A program made the position numbers and the translations under genes. Below, piece by piece: positions 45,792 to 55,476 of a stretch of DNA of 64,000 nt. Within the stretch, counting starts at the first letter, position 1; each line of letters starts with the position of its first letter. Source of the DNA: an uncultured Gammaproteobacteria bacterium (GTDB taxonomy: Bacteria; Patescibacteriota; Microgenomatia; Levybacterales; UBA12049); assembly GCA_964537895.1 (NCBI GenBank), contig CAZIDK010000002.1:18287-82286 (forward strand). Direction: 5' to 3'. The notes below the pieces were generated by a model. That model was not told the DNA's origin. It saw only the letters and a program-made list of their open reading frames with translations, and did not search any database.

Positions 45792-47512
45792 GTGAACCAT
45801 TATTATTAAATAACGCAGTAGCAGCGATTCGTATATCTTCAACCAAGCAAGGCTTGCAAGGCGATTCCCCACAAGCGCAAAAAGAGCAAATAGAACAATT
45901 TGCTATTGCTCACAATATAAACGTCAAAAAGTTCTTTATTTTTATGGAATCTGCGTCAAAAGAAGTGCAACCTGTGCAAGAGGCTATAGACTATTGTAAG
46001 AGCCCAAAAAACGATATACAGCTATTTATAATCAAATCCATAGATAGATTCACTAGGGGCGGTTCATACCTCTACGATCATCTTAAAATGCAGCTTACCC
46101 GTCATAATGTAAAGCTTATTGATATTTATGGCATTATCAGCAATCAGGAGGTTAATACGCTTGAGCATTTGGGACTTCAATATGATTGGAGCGTCTATTC
46201 TCCTACCAAAAAGTCTGAAATTTTAGAAGCAGAACGAGCTAAAGACGAGATTCGAGATATCTTAAGCAGAATGATAGGTGCTGAAATTAGATACGTTAGA
46301 ATGGGCTACAGAGTCAGACCGGCCCCTTTTGGTTATATGAATGAAAAAATAGATACTCCTCACGGAAGAAGAGTAATTCTAAAGCCAGACACTACGGAAG
46401 CGCCATTAATTATTAAAATGTTTGAACTAAGGACTAAGAAAACCTTAACGGATGAGGAAATTGTCAAAGAGGTTAATAAAATAGGATATAAATCCAGAGT
46501 TCATTTATTAAGAGACGGTAAGGATAAGACAATAGTAATAGGACAAAGGGGCGGTATAAAACTTGATGTAAAACGATACGTAGAATACATTCGAAAACCA
46601 ATTTACGCAGGAATAAACGATGAAAAGTGGACCAATAACGAACCAGTTAAAACAAAATTTCCGGGATTAGTTTCTGTAGAAACGTTTAATCAGGCAAACA
46701 GAGGAAAAGTTGTCCTGTCGGAAGAAAACGGAGGGATAACTATTTATAAAAACATGCCTGAAGAATGGAGACTGAGAAAATCCGTCAAAAATCCTGATTA
46801 TCCTTTTAAGCGATATGTTCTTTGTCCAACTTGCAGATATCCGTTATATGGCAGTGCTTCAAGAGGCAGTAACGGAACACGCTACCCTGCATATCACTGT
46901 AATAAAAGAAATCATTATTTCAGAGTAACCGTAGAAACATTTGAGCAAACTATTAAAAACTTCGTAAGTAAAGTCAGAGTTACGAAGGATGGCGTAGATA
47001 AACTAAAAGAAAGAGTATTAAAAAAATGGCAAGATAATCTAATTAAAGGTCAGCTAGATGTTGAAACTATCGATGAGAAAATTAAAAAATTAGATGGTGA
47101 GAAAACACTAATCGGAAACCAAATACCAAGACTTACATCTGATGAAGGCATTAAGCTAATGGAAGAAAAATTAAGCGAAGTTACAAACGAGATTAAACAA
47201 TTAACTGAAACTAAAACAAAACAAGAAGATTTAAATGTAAATATGGAGATAGTTTTGGCAATAGTTGGGGAATTTCTGGAAAACTTATCGTTTTTATTGC
47301 TAGGAAGCCCTAATCCTCTTAAGAGAGCAGCCTATTTTGGACTTATATTTGAACAGACTCCAACCTATCAAGATCTAATTTCTGGAACTGCTCAATTAGC
47401 TCCCTATTTCGAGCTAATCGATGATGCAGGGTATCCAAACCCCGCTACTGTGAGCCGCCTGAGAGTCGAACTCAGAACCTATTCCTTAAGAGGGAATTGC
47501 TCTGCCAGTTGA
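45788..47512 (+). CDS. large serine recombinase (resolvase/invertase N-domain, recombinase domain, zinc ribbon)
   Basis: AIRISSTKQ catalytic Ser region, SIDRFTRG, CPTCRYP...YHCNKRNH zinc ribbon; last ~20 codons are read through the tRNA-Lys complement. Confidence 0.75.
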   Translation: MSEPLLLNNAVAAIRISSTKQGLQGDSPQAQKEQIEQFAIAHNINVKKFFIFMESASKEVQPVQEAIDYCKSPKNDIQLFIIKSIDRFTRGGSYLYDHLKMQLTRHNVKLIDIYGIISNQEVNTLEHLGLQYDWSVYSPTKKSEILEAERAKDEIRDILSRMIGAEIRYVRMGYRVRPAPFGYMNEKIDTPHGRRVILKPDTTEAPLIIKMFELRTKKTLTDEEIVKEVNKIGYKSRVHLLRDGKDKTIVIGQRGGIKLDVKRYVEYIRKPIYAGINDEKWTNNEPVKTKFPGLVSVETFNQANRGKVVLSEENGGITIYKNMPEEWRLRKSVKNPDYPFKRYVLCPTCRYPLYGSASRGSNGTRYPAYHCNKRNHYFRVTVETFEQTIKNFVSKVRVTKDGVDKLKERVLKKWQDNLIKGQLDVETIDEKIKKLDGEKTLIGNQIPRLTSDEGIKLMEEKLSEVTNEIKQLTETKTKQEDLNVNMEIVLAIVGEFLENLSFLLLGSPNPLKRAAYFGLIFEQTPTYQDLISGTAQLAPYFELIDDAGYPNPATVSRLRVELRTYSLRGNCSAS

Positions 47513-47523
47513 GCTAGCGGCCC
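47451..47523 (-). tRNA. tRNA-Lys (anticodon CTT)
   Basis: Acceptor GGGCCGC/GCGGCTC, anticodon stem ATTCC/GGAAT with loop CTCTTAA, T-loop TTCGACT. Confidence 0.7.
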
Positions 47524-47614
47524 TTTATTAAATTTTCATGTTTTAGTATACTATACGTGGTCGATTTAGACAATAACTTGCGACACGTCAAACGTGTCAG
47601 CAAAGTTTGACTTT

Positions 47615-47687
47615 GCGCCTGTAGCTCAACGGATAGAGCACTTCGCTTCGGACGAAGGGGTTGGGGGTTCGATTCCCTTCAGGCGCG
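47615..47687 (+). tRNA. tRNA-Arg (anticodon TCG)
   Basis: Acceptor GCGCCTG/CAGGCGC, anticodon stem CTTCG/CGAAG with loop CTTCGGA, T-loop TTCGATT. Confidence 0.7.
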
Positions 47688-48311
47688 CTATAAATATTTC
47701 TTTAAATTAAATGAGGTTCGGTGAATTTTGGAGAGCCCGTATTTTTTAAGCGCTTCTCTATGGTACTTTGTTCCGTAACCTTTGTTTTTTGAAAAATTAT
47801 AACCTTTATACTCTTTTCCCAATCTTTTCATTAGCTCGTCTCTGTAAACCTTTGCGATAATTGAGGAAGCTGCAATAGAAATGCTTTTTTGGTCGCCCTT
47901 GATGATGAATTTAATATTTTTATCATTAATTTTCTTTCTTCTCCCATCTATTAGGAAAAATATACTCTTCTTTTTATATTTCTTATTAATTTTCTTCACT
48001 AAATTTTCAAAAATAAGCCTATTCGCCTCCCCTACTCCAAATTCATTAATTACATCAACATCAATGATTTCTATAAAACAGAGTCCGTGTCTTAATATCA
48101 ATTTTGAAAGATATTTCCGTTTTTTCTCCGTAAGGAGTTTTGAATCGTTTATTTCTTTAAACCACTTAAATTCTTTTTCAAAACAAACTGCAGATGCAAC
48201 AAGCGGGCCGGCAAATGAACCTCTTCCAACCTCGTCCATGCCAAAAACCAGCTCAACTGTTCCATTTAGTAGTTTGTTCTCGCGGTTAAAGGAGGGCTTC
48301 TTGTTCATCAT
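47688..48311 (-). CDS. rnhB: ribonuclease HII
   Basis: GMDEVGRGSFAGPLVASAV catalytic DE motif. Confidence 0.85.
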   Translation of the reverse strand: MMNKKPSFNRENKLLNGTVELVFGMDEVGRGSFAGPLVASAVCFEKEFKWFKEINDSKLLTEKKRKYLSKLILRHGLCFIEIIDVDVINEFGVGEANRLIFENLVKKINKKYKKKSIFFLIDGRRKKINDKNIKFIIKGDQKSISIAASSIIAKVYRDELMKRLGKEYKGYNFSKNKGYGTKYHREALKKYGLSKIHRTSFNLKKYL

Positions 48312-49392
48312 TATCTTCCCCGCTATCTAAGGCAGGCGAATCTACACCTTTTATTTCCGGCAAATCAGACACAATTGCTTTTAACTCGCCGTAAAAGTTT
48401 ATGGTATTAGTATCAAGTTTTTCGATTTGAGTTTCCTGTCTTTTCCATCTTAATAAAGTTGCCCGTTTCTCCGCATCAAAGCCAGTCCTTAAGGCTTGTA
48501 TGCCGTCAAAATGGGCTTGCATCCTGTGTTTGAATGAATCGCTTAGCATGTAATCCCTGATTCTTCCCCACTCCTCTTCGGTTTGAGAAGCCGAAGATTT
48601 TAGAGAAGACATAGAAGTTATTAAAAATCTGATGTATCTGCAAATTCCAATAGCATGTTCATAAGTCGTAATCCAAATTCCGTCTTTCCTGTCAAAGTTT
48701 GTCATCCCATCAGGCATTACAACAGATACAATAATAGCCTCGCTGGCGCTTATTTTCGCAGAATCATCTTTAAGTTTTGTAATCCAACTGTTACTCCAAG
48801 CCTTAGTTCTTTTTGTTTCCCAGAGAATAGATCCGACGGTTCTATCTTTATATTTAATTTTTTGCCAAATATCTCCGCCTTCCACTCCCTTAGGAACAGG
48901 AAGAAATTCATCGTTTGGAAAGGTTGTTCTAAGTCTTTGTTCTAAATCAAGTTCCAAAACTTCCCCCTGAAGCTGTTGTGAGCCTTGTTTACCTTTTCTT
49001 TGTGCTTCTTCCAAGGCTTTTTGCATGTCGTTAATCTTTTTTTCAAATTCCAATTTTTCCATCCGGGATTTTTCCGAAACTTCTTTTATGGCTGATTCCT
49101 TTACTTTTTCTTCATTTTCTTTTGCATCTTTTGCGGCTGCAATAAGTTTTTCTTCCAGTTCCTTTTGTTTTTTCTTAGCGTCCTCAATTTCAAGTAACGA
49201 AGATTTATTTTTATTTTCAAATTCTATTCTTAATTTCTTTCCAAGCTCTTGTTGGGTTTCTAGCTTTGCCTTTTCAATCTCATCTTTTGCCTTAAGTCTT
49301 TCTTCTAATCTGATTTTTTCTTCAAATTCATGCCTTAGTGCTTGTGTAATTTTTATTTTCTTACCGCAATTGGGGCAAGTGATGTCATTCAT
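48286..49392 (-). CDS. DUF2130-like protein (N-terminal C4 zinc ribbon, long coiled coil)
   Basis: CPNCGKK zinc ribbon then a Glu/Lys-rich coiled coil. Confidence 0.5.
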   Translation of the reverse strand: MNDITCPNCGKKIKITQALRHEFEEKIRLEERLKAKDEIEKAKLETQQELGKKLRIEFENKNKSSLLEIEDAKKKQKELEEKLIAAAKDAKENEEKVKESAIKEVSEKSRMEKLEFEKKINDMQKALEEAQRKGKQGSQQLQGEVLELDLEQRLRTTFPNDEFLPVPKGVEGGDIWQKIKYKDRTVGSILWETKRTKAWSNSWITKLKDDSAKISASEAIIVSVVMPDGMTNFDRKDGIWITTYEHAIGICRYIRFLITSMSSLKSSASQTEEEWGRIRDYMLSDSFKHRMQAHFDGIQALRTGFDAEKRATLLRWKRQETQIEKLDTNTINFYGELKAIVSDLPEIKGVDSPALDSGEDNDEQEALL

Positions 49393-49450
49393 AGTTTACA
49401 TATAATAACCTTAGGGATTATTTATTGCAAGATTATTTTGGCGTTTACAA

Positions 49451-49900
49451 TTGACAGGGGTATACTCATCTGATAGCATTTATTACTACAAACATATGAA
49501 ATCCCTGTTAAGAAATACCCTTATTAATTCCCTGTCGCTTTTTATTTTGGCCCAAATAGTGCCCGGATTAACAATTCACGGTGGTTTTTTAACATTCGTT
49601 GCAGGCGGACTTGCCTTATCTTTGCTTTTTTTAATCGTAAAGCCTATTTTAAACTTAGTTTCCTTACCGTTTAATTTAGTTACTTTAGGTTTATTTTCAT
49701 TTTTAATAAACGCAATTATTTTTTATTTGCTTACGGTTTTTGTTACCAGCATTACGATTACATCGTTTACTTTTCCCGGGTTTTCTTTCTCAGGATTTAT
49801 GGCTCCAAAAATATTTTTCAACACCTTTTTTGCATTTATCATAGTGGCTTTGCTACAATCCCTTATCGTTAATTTTCTATCATGGCTAATAAAAAAATAG
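49451..49900 (+). CDS. phage-holin-4/DUF360-like small membrane protein
   Basis: 149 aa, 4 TM helices. Confidence 0.45.
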   Translation: MTGVYSSDSIYYYKHMKSLLRNTLINSLSLFILAQIVPGLTIHGGFLTFVAGGLALSLLFLIVKPILNLVSLPFNLVTLGLFSFLINAIIFYLLTVFVTSITITSFTFPGFSFSGFMAPKIFFNTFFAFIIVALLQSLIVNFLSWLIKK

Positions 49901-50832
49901 TTTGCTTGGGCGGAGGAGTTGGTACAGCAAACCTTTTGTCCGGAATAAAAGATCACTTTTCCGATATAAACGCCGTTGTTTCAATGGCAGATGACGGCGG
50001 TTCAGCAGGCAGACTTCGAAGATACTACAAAATTCCCCCAACAGGAGATATTGTAAACTGCATGATTGCTCTTTCAAACGCGGATAAGGTCATGCTTGAT
50101 CTTTTAAAATTCAGATTCCCCGGAGAAAGATACGGGGCCGACAATATTTTACCCGGACAAAAAATAGCAAATCTTATGTTCGCCGCCTTAATTCTAAATA
50201 ATAAAAACCTGAATGAGGCAATATTAAAGATGAAAGAGATTTTTCAAGTCAGCGCTAATATATATCCGTCTACCCTATCAAGTATCTCACTAAGAGCAAA
50301 AACCTCAACGGGACACATAGTAAAAAGAGAAGAAAACATAGACCTTGGAAACTTTAAGGGGAAGATAAAACAGCTTTACATACATCCAAAAAATCCAAAA
50401 GTAGACGGACGAGCAATAGAGGCCATAAAAGAGGCTGACGTAATTGTAGCAGGACCGGGAGATCTTTATACCACCATACTTCCTGTTATTATTGTTCCCG
50501 GAATTACGCAAGAAATAAAAAAATCAAAGGCAAAGAAAATATTCGTGGTAAACGTTGCCAATAAGTTTTTTGAAACACCAAATTATTCGGTTTCCGATTT
50601 TATATCGGCAATAAGAAGGCATTGTGGCTTTCAGCCCTTTGACACTTTTCTTATAAACAATAACACCTCTTTTTCAATACCGGAAGAATTCAAAAATCAA
50701 TATTCTATAGCGCCACTAAGACACGATAAGGTAAATAATGTCAATTGCGTTTATGATGATTTGATTAATGAGGATTTTCCCATATATCATAGCCCCAAAA
50801 AGCTTGCAAATGCCCTGATAGAAAATATATAA
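49882..50832 (+). CDS. yvcK: gluconeogenesis factor YvcK / CofD-like (UPF0052)
   Basis: VCLGGGVGTANLLSG...ADDGGSAGRLRR signature. Confidence 0.8.
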   Translation: MANKKIVCLGGGVGTANLLSGIKDHFSDINAVVSMADDGGSAGRLRRYYKIPPTGDIVNCMIALSNADKVMLDLLKFRFPGERYGADNILPGQKIANLMFAALILNNKNLNEAILKMKEIFQVSANIYPSTLSSISLRAKTSTGHIVKREENIDLGNFKGKIKQLYIHPKNPKVDGRAIEAIKEADVIVAGPGDLYTTILPVIIVPGITQEIKKSKAKKIFVVNVANKFFETPNYSVSDFISAIRRHCGFQPFDTFLINNNTSFSIPEEFKNQYSIAPLRHDKVNNVNCVYDDLINEDFPIYHSPKKLANALIENI

Positions 50833-50839
50833 TTGAATT

Positions 50840-51052
50840 ATGATTTTCAGTGTTTTAGAAATTATAGTAGCTGTCTTATTGATAATTGTAATTCTTTTGC
50901 AAATGCAGGGAAGCGGTTTATCGGGAGCTTTTGGCGGAAGCGGTGAATTTTATAGAAGCAAGAGAAGTATCGAAAAATTATTAATGTGGGCTACGGTTGT
51001 TCTGGCAGTCTTGTTTGGGCTTCTGTCTATAGTTCTTCTTATAACCCGCTAA
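50840..51052 (+). CDS. secG: preprotein translocase subunit SecG
   Basis: 70 aa, two TM helices with LLQMQGSGLSGAFGG motif. Confidence 0.7.
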   Translation: MIFSVLEIIVAVLLIIVILLQMQGSGLSGAFGGSGEFYRSKRSIEKLLMWATVVLAVLFGLLSIVLLITR

Positions 51053-51057
51053 GCCAT

Positions 51058-52422
51058 ATGATTTTACTGGGAAGACGAAGGTTGATATTTTGGCTTTTCA
51101 GGGCGTACCTGAAAAAATGGAGAAAAACTATTTTTGCATCTTTTGTTTTTGGACTGGTAATTTTTTCCGCTATATACCTCGGATGGGGAGTAATAGTTCC
51201 AGGGCTTCCTTTTAATCAGCGTATGGTTGTTGGCATGGCCGGTTCCTACAGTACGGATAATCTTCCATTGGAAGTTTTGCATAAAGCGTCCCGGGGCTTA
51301 ACCCATGTGGCTGAAGACGGAACCCCAAAACCCGATATCGCTTCCGGTTGGAGCATAAAAGATAATGGTAAAACTTATGTTTTTTATCTTAAACAAAATA
51401 TCTACTTCTCAAACGGGGAAAATCTTACATCGTCTTTGGTTAATTACAATTTTTTGGATGTTAAAATAGAAAAACCTGAAAAATATACGATAGTTTTTAA
51501 ATTAAAGGAAAATTATTCCCCATTTTTAATAACTGTTTCACAGCCAATATTCGAAAAAAAATTGGTAGGTGTTGGCGAGTATAGAATTTCGTCCGTAGAT
51601 CTAAACGGTAATTTTGTCAATTCCATAACCCTTATTTCAAATAAAGTTAAAAATAAAACTCTTATCTATCAGTTCTATCCAACCCAAAACGCGTTAAAGA
51701 ATGCCTTCGTAATAGGAGATGTAGATAAAATTGTCGGTTTGGAAGATGTAAATTTTAAGAACACAAATTTTTACTCATTTGAAAATGCAAAAGTTTATAA
51801 GTCTATTAACTACAGGCATCTTGTAACTTTGTTTTACAACACTGAAGATGGGGTCTTGTCGGATAAGAGATTAAGAAGGGCTCTTTCCTATGCCATTCCG
51901 GATTCGTTTAGCATGGGCAAAAGAAATTACGAGCCGTTTGCTCCCAATTTGTGGTTACATCAAGAGTCCAATTACCAAAAAGATTATGCTCATGCAAAAC
52001 TGTTGCTGTCTCAGTCTCAAAGCGCATCGGAAACCGCGAATATGAAAATTACTTTACAAACATTTCCTCAATATGAAAAGGTAGCCAAAGAAATAGCCAA
52101 ATCGTGGTTAAACATAGGAATAAAGACAATGATTAAAGTTGTTGACACACTCCCGATTAACTTTCAGGCATACCTTGGTGATTTCACAGTGCCAAGGGAT
52201 CCGGATCAATACGCTCTTTGGCATTCCGGTCAAATAAATAACATAACCAATTACAAAAGTTTAAGAATAGATAAGCTCCTAGAGGACGGCCGGCAAACCG
52301 TTGATATTCAAAGCAGAATTAAAATATATTTAGATTTCCAGAAATATCTTTTGGACGATGTTCCGGCGGCATTTTTGTACTTCCCCAATTCATATACTGT
52401 TGTAAGAAATTCTGCACTTTAA
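51058..52422 (+). CDS. extracellular solute-binding protein, family 5-like (peptide/nickel ABC SBP fold)
   Basis: N-terminal TM anchor then SBP_bac_5-like body; start set at the internal ATG. Confidence 0.5.
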   Translation: MILLGRRRLIFWLFRAYLKKWRKTIFASFVFGLVIFSAIYLGWGVIVPGLPFNQRMVVGMAGSYSTDNLPLEVLHKASRGLTHVAEDGTPKPDIASGWSIKDNGKTYVFYLKQNIYFSNGENLTSSLVNYNFLDVKIEKPEKYTIVFKLKENYSPFLITVSQPIFEKKLVGVGEYRISSVDLNGNFVNSITLISNKVKNKTLIYQFYPTQNALKNAFVIGDVDKIVGLEDVNFKNTNFYSFENAKVYKSINYRHLVTLFYNTEDGVLSDKRLRRALSYAIPDSFSMGKRNYEPFAPNLWLHQESNYQKDYAHAKLLLSQSQSASETANMKITLQTFPQYEKVAKEIAKSWLNIGIKTMIKVVDTLPINFQAYLGDFTVPRDPDQYALWHSGQINNITNYKSLRIDKLLEDGRQTVDIQSRIKIYLDFQKYLLDDVPAAFLYFPNSYTVVRNSAL

Positions 52423-53687
52423 ATATAGGTAGATTTAGCTCTAAGTTTTTTGTGGTAGCTTATTGCAAATCTATGAGCCTCATCTCTTATTCGCATTACA
52501 AGATGCAGTTGCTTTGAGTCTTTCGGAAGCTTCACCTCTTTAAAATTTGCCGTAATTATTATTTCTTCCTGCTTTGTCAATCCTATAACGGGAATTTTAA
52601 TATTTTCTCTGGCTAATGCTTTGATGGCCGAAGAAATCTGGCCCTTACCCCCGTCCACAATAATAAGATCGGGAATAGCCCATTCATTATGCTTAAGCCT
52701 TCTCTCTATTACTTCCTCCATCATTGCAAAATCATTAGGTAAATCATTGTAGGTTCTGCGAATTCTGAATTTTCGATATAAAGACGGTTCCTTTTCTCCT
52801 TTAATGAATACAGCCATTGCGCCTGTTGCATTTTTTCCCGATGTATTTGAAATGTCATAGCACTCTATTCGATTAAGCTTTGTAATTGTCGTTTCTTCTT
52901 TATTTATACTTTCCAATAATAAGTTTAACTCTTCGTTTCTGATGTCTTCTCTTAAATTTGGGTTTTTTTCATATTCAAAAGGTTTATAAAATTTACCGGT
53001 AACAAGTCTTATTGCATCAATTTTATTTTGTAATAATAAAGCATCTTCAAACTGCTGAGCTTTGCTAAATTCGTTTCTCTCTTTTTCCAAATCCTTTATC
53101 ACGCTTTTTGTCTGCCCGTTTAAAAATTTAATAATGTGTTTAATTGTTCGTTTGTATTTTTTATCTTTTAAAATGCTGGGGCATGGACAAAGGCCGAGAT
53201 GGTAATAAAAACAAATTTTGTTTGGATGATTTACACTAGATTGAAAAGGAAAAATTCTCCTTACTGTTTTTAAAACCAGACGCATAGCGCTTGCATTTGG
53301 AAATGGACCAAAATATAACGAGCTTAGGTCATTCGGTTTTCTTGCCGTTAAAACCTTTGGATACTCGTCTTTTATGGTAATTCTGATTAAGGGATAAGCT
53401 TTTCCGTCTGTTAATTTTATATTGTATTTTGGCTGGTATTTTTTTATTAAATTAGCCTCCAAAAGCAAAGATTCAATTTCAGACTCAACCCTAATTGTTT
53501 TGATTTTGCCTATTTGAGAAACGAGGATGCTGGTTTTTTCTCCTAAATCCTTTCTGTTTGCAAAGTAAGAACGGACTCTTTTTTTGAGGTTGACTGCTTT
53601 TCCAACATAAATTACTTTCCCGCTGCTGTTAAAAAACAGATAAACGCCCGGATCTTGTGATAATGATTGATAAGCTTTAGATTGCAA
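52419..53687 (-). CDS. uvrC: excinuclease ABC subunit C, short form lacking the C-terminal HhH region
   Basis: N-terminal GIY-YIG (GVYLFFNSSGKVIYVGKA), UvrBC-interaction region, RDEAHRFAI endonuclease motif near the C-terminus; 422 aa. Confidence 0.7.
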   Translation of the reverse strand: MQSKAYQSLSQDPGVYLFFNSSGKVIYVGKAVNLKKRVRSYFANRKDLGEKTSILVSQIGKIKTIRVESEIESLLLEANLIKKYQPKYNIKLTDGKAYPLIRITIKDEYPKVLTARKPNDLSSLYFGPFPNASAMRLVLKTVRRIFPFQSSVNHPNKICFYYHLGLCPCPSILKDKKYKRTIKHIIKFLNGQTKSVIKDLEKERNEFSKAQQFEDALLLQNKIDAIRLVTGKFYKPFEYEKNPNLREDIRNEELNLLLESINKEETTITKLNRIECYDISNTSGKNATGAMAVFIKGEKEPSLYRKFRIRRTYNDLPNDFAMMEEVIERRLKHNEWAIPDLIIVDGGKGQISSAIKALARENIKIPVIGLTKQEEIIITANFKEVKLPKDSKQLHLVMRIRDEAHRFAISYHKKLRAKSTYI

Positions 53688-53829
53688 ATTAACTCCTTCT
53701 AAAATTAAATATTTATATCAGGTTTAAGCACAGCGTTTGGGTTATAATCATGGCCTAGTTCCACGTTTTATTATTATTTGAGTATACTATATCGTTTAGG
53801 AGAAAGTAAGGAATTGATATATTGACAAA

Positions 53830-54126
53830 GTGCTCACTTTAATGTACACTCACGGTATGATACAGACAATACCGGTAACAGAAGCTAGAAAGAAACTTCT
53901 TAGTCTTGTAGATGAGATAAATGACGCATATACAAGAGTAGATTTAACTAAAAACGGGAGGATTAAAGCTACTTTAGTTTCTCCAGACTATCTTGATTCC
54001 TTAGAAGAAACAATTTACAGTCTTAATAACTCTTTATCGGATATTAATCTTGCTCAAAAAGAATTAAAACAAGGCAAACTTTTAACTCTGGAAGAAGTTA
54101 AAAAGAAATATAATAAAAAACAATAA
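53830..54126 (+). CDS. Phd/YefM-family antitoxin
   Basis: IPVTEARKKLLSLVDEI... typical Phd/YefM N-terminus. Confidence 0.65.
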   Translation: MLTLMYTHGMIQTIPVTEARKKLLSLVDEINDAYTRVDLTKNGRIKATLVSPDYLDSLEETIYSLNNSLSDINLAQKELKQGKLLTLEEVKKKYNKKQ

Positions 54127-54132
54127 CTTCAA

Positions 54133-54390
54133 ATGTCAGCAAAAAAACTACAATTAGCTCAAAGCGTTGATAAAAATCTATCAAAACTGCCAAAACATAT
54201 TCAGACAAAAATAATTTCTTCCTTTGATAAAATAATGCAAAATCCAGTTTCTGGTATTAAGTTGCATGGAGAGCTTAAGGATTATTATAAGTTTAGAGTC
54301 GGGGATTATCGTATAATATACAGCTTTAACTCGAAAGAAAGCTTAATACAAATAGTTAAAATAGAACATAGGCAAGGTGTATATAGATAG
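54133..54390 (+). CDS. RelE/ParE-family toxin
   Basis: 85 aa; DYYKFRVGDYRIIY core typical of RelE/ParE; 6 nt after the antitoxin. Confidence 0.65.
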   Translation: MSAKKLQLAQSVDKNLSKLPKHIQTKIISSFDKIMQNPVSGIKLHGELKDYYKFRVGDYRIIYSFNSKESLIQIVKIEHRQGVYR

Positions 54391-54504
54391 TTCTGAAATT
54401 ACCATAAGATAAACAAACAAGACTTATTTACTGAAAATTAAATCGATATGTAGGGGAAGATACATTTTTCAAAGCCTTACCGATGTGGTCAGCCAGAACA
54501 TCCT

Positions 54505-54536
54505 AACCCTTGTTAAGAGAGGGGGAAGAGCCCTAA
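54505..54536 (+). repeat. 32-nt element, copy 3 (5' of M23 gene)
   Basis: AACCCTTGTTAAGAGAGGGGGAAGAGCCCTAA. Confidence 0.6.
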
Positions 54537-54577
54537 AAACCTGGTTGACCATTAAGGTAGAGTGATATAATCTTTTA

Positions 54578-55408
54578 ATGGCAATTGAATTAGAAACTTT
54601 TTCATTTAAAAGACATGGAAAATTCCATCATCCTGAAATAAATGGGGTTTCAACAGTTACTGAAAGATATCTAACCCTTCCCTTTTTTAGCGATGTTGGG
54701 TCATATCAAATCACGGAAGGATGGATGTATTCAAGAGCGGAAAAAGCTATCCATGGATATAGAATTCACGGAGCAGTCGACTTTCAAGTTCCTTACGGAA
54801 CGCCTGTAACTGCTCCCTGCGACGGTATTGCCATTTCTTCATATCATTCTTTTCCGTTAAAAGATTCTGACAGAAATATAAAAAAGCTCGAGGGTAAGGA
54901 GTTATATTTTGGTTTAGGATATTTCGTGCAAATTTATGTTGAGCATCTAAATAGATACGTTCAATTGGGACACTTGTCGAAAATAGATGAAACAATTCCT
55001 TTTAGTATGCCAAAACTTGAAGAAGGCACTTGGAATCCTACTAATCACGACTTTAATCCTTCTAATTTAATAGATAGTGGAAAAGCAGTTTTGGTTAAAA
55101 GAGGAGATTTATTGGGTAAAGTCGGATTTTCTGGTTTAAGATTGGGTTACGATGAATATAATGGCGAAGAAAGACCTTTACTGTTAGATACATTGAAATT
55201 TAAAAGTTACGATGAACCTCATTTGCATTTTGAAGAAACAGGAAGAGATGAAAAAGGAAAAAAAGGCTGGCAAAGAGATCCTTATGATATCTATTTGACG
55301 GCAAGAAATTATCCGACTCCTTCAAGACAAAGGATAATGGGAGAAGAGCCCCTTTTTATACTTGGCGAGAATGGTCTTCTTATTTTTGCAAATCAAGTAT
55401 TGAATTAA
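54578..55408 (+). CDS. M23-family metallopeptidase-like protein
   Basis: HGAVDF (HxxxD) and PHLHFEE (HxH). Confidence 0.6.
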   Translation: MAIELETFSFKRHGKFHHPEINGVSTVTERYLTLPFFSDVGSYQITEGWMYSRAEKAIHGYRIHGAVDFQVPYGTPVTAPCDGIAISSYHSFPLKDSDRNIKKLEGKELYFGLGYFVQIYVEHLNRYVQLGHLSKIDETIPFSMPKLEEGTWNPTNHDFNPSNLIDSGKAVLVKRGDLLGKVGFSGLRLGYDEYNGEERPLLLDTLKFKSYDEPHLHFEETGRDEKGKKGWQRDPYDIYLTARNYPTPSRQRIMGEEPLFILGENGLLIFANQVLN

Positions 55409-55435
55409 CAGTAGTCAACTGATCTGCGAAGCGTA

Positions 55436-55467
55436 AACCCTTACCAAAAGAGGGGGAAGGCCTTCTA
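55436..55467 (+). repeat. 32-nt element, copy 4 (3' of M23 gene)
   Basis: AACCCTTACCAAAAGAGGGGGAAGGCCTTCTA. Confidence 0.6.
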
Positions 55468-55476
55468 TATTGCATG

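Noticed and set aside
47582-47598. Perfect palindrome GACACGTCAAACGTGTC between tRNA-Lys and tRNA-Arg as a regulatory site
   Set aside because: It is a single occurrence with no partner site or adjacent regulator. It could equally be a tRNA-processing or terminator hairpin, so it was not called as a feature.
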